Below are positions 63,641-64,000 of a stretch of DNA of 64,000 bases, piece by piece. The DNA is from Eubacteriales bacterium (lineage in GTDB: Bacteria; Bacillota; Clostridia; Oscillospirales; CAG-272): NCBI GenBank assembly GCA_045632065.1, contig JAZQWA010000075.1, forward strand, positions 3,957 to 67,956. Direction: 5' to 3'. Under the pieces are notes generated by a model that searched no databases, was not told the origin of the DNA, and saw only the letters and a program-made list of their open reading frames with translations. Position 1 is the first letter of the stretch. The number at the start of each line of letters is the position of its first letter. Made by a program: the position numbers and the translations under genes.

Positions 63641-64000
63641 ATGAAGAATTCCAGACAAAAGAAAATTCTTGAAATAATCGAGAAATACGATATAGATACT
63701 CAGGATGCTTTGATTAAAAAGCTTGCGGATGAGGGGTATATTGTAACCCAGACTACCGCATCAAGAGATATAAGGCAGCTTAATTTAATAAAGGGAATCG
63801 GACAGAATGGATGCTATAAGTACATTTTGCCCGGCGCCGTTGCAAAGCAGGAAAACAGAGCGCCTGTGCTTAATTCCGCAATCACGGATTCCGTTATCAG
63901 AATTGAGCCGGCAGGCAACATAGTTGTGGTTAAGACGTACGCAGGTATGGCAAATGCAATTGCGGTATGTTTTGACTCGTTGCCGGGCGAGCGCATAGTT
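63641..64000 (+). CDS. argR: arginine repressor, N-terminal 120 aa (3' end outside the window)
   Basis: Absent from the ORF track because there is no stop in the window. ATG 63641. The translation MKNSRQKKILEIIEKYDIDTQDALIKKLADEGYIVTQTTASRDIRQLNLIK is the ArgR winged-helix. Confidence 0.85.
   Translation, partial: MKNSRQKKILEIIEKYDIDTQDALIKKLADEGYIVTQTTASRDIRQLNLIKGIGQNGCYKYILPGAVAKQENRAPVLNSAITDSVIRIEPAGNIVVVKTYAGMANAIAVCFDSLPGERIV

Overview
This 64-kb window looks like a chromosomal segment from a spore-forming Firmicute, probably Clostridia-like. That placement is inferred only from gene content and order: scpA-scpB-ytfI-ytfJ-dacB-rluB, lon-engB, ecfA1-ecfA2-ecfT-truA, rpsF-ssb-rpsR, ruvA-ruvB, and nusB...xseA-xseB-tlyA-nadK-argR. 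I call about 65 protein genes, one tRNA-Leu(UAG), one SAM-I riboswitch upstream of metK, and many sigma-A-type promoters and rho-independent terminators. All calls come from reading motifs in the supplied translations and the DNA. No database search was possible, so family names are recognitions, not hits.

Most of the window is core housekeeping. Five regions deserve a second look:
- tRNA-Leu locus (30.2-31.9 kb): the 3' end of the tRNA is repeated three times, plus one degenerate fourth copy. Each of the first three copies has its own terminator. Next to them lies an array of about 22-bp-phased ATATCATCA motifs in two inverted blocks. No integrase is present.
- Accessory block (31-37.5 kb): it contains regulators, small membrane proteins, and a GT8-acyltransferase cassette.
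- Envelope operon (47.3-54.0 kb): four translationally coupled genes. They encode a large membrane domain fused to an ABC ATPase, a second permease, an anchored Ig-like protein, and a beta-helix lipoprotein.
- Interrupted reading frame (54.2-55.2 kb): a Gly/His-rich ORF and a membrane protein are in the same frame, separated by a single TGA.
- Micropeptides (2.5-2.8 kb): two unannotated paralogous single-TM peptides.

I saw no CRISPR array, transposase, integrase, reverse transcriptase or recognisable defence system.
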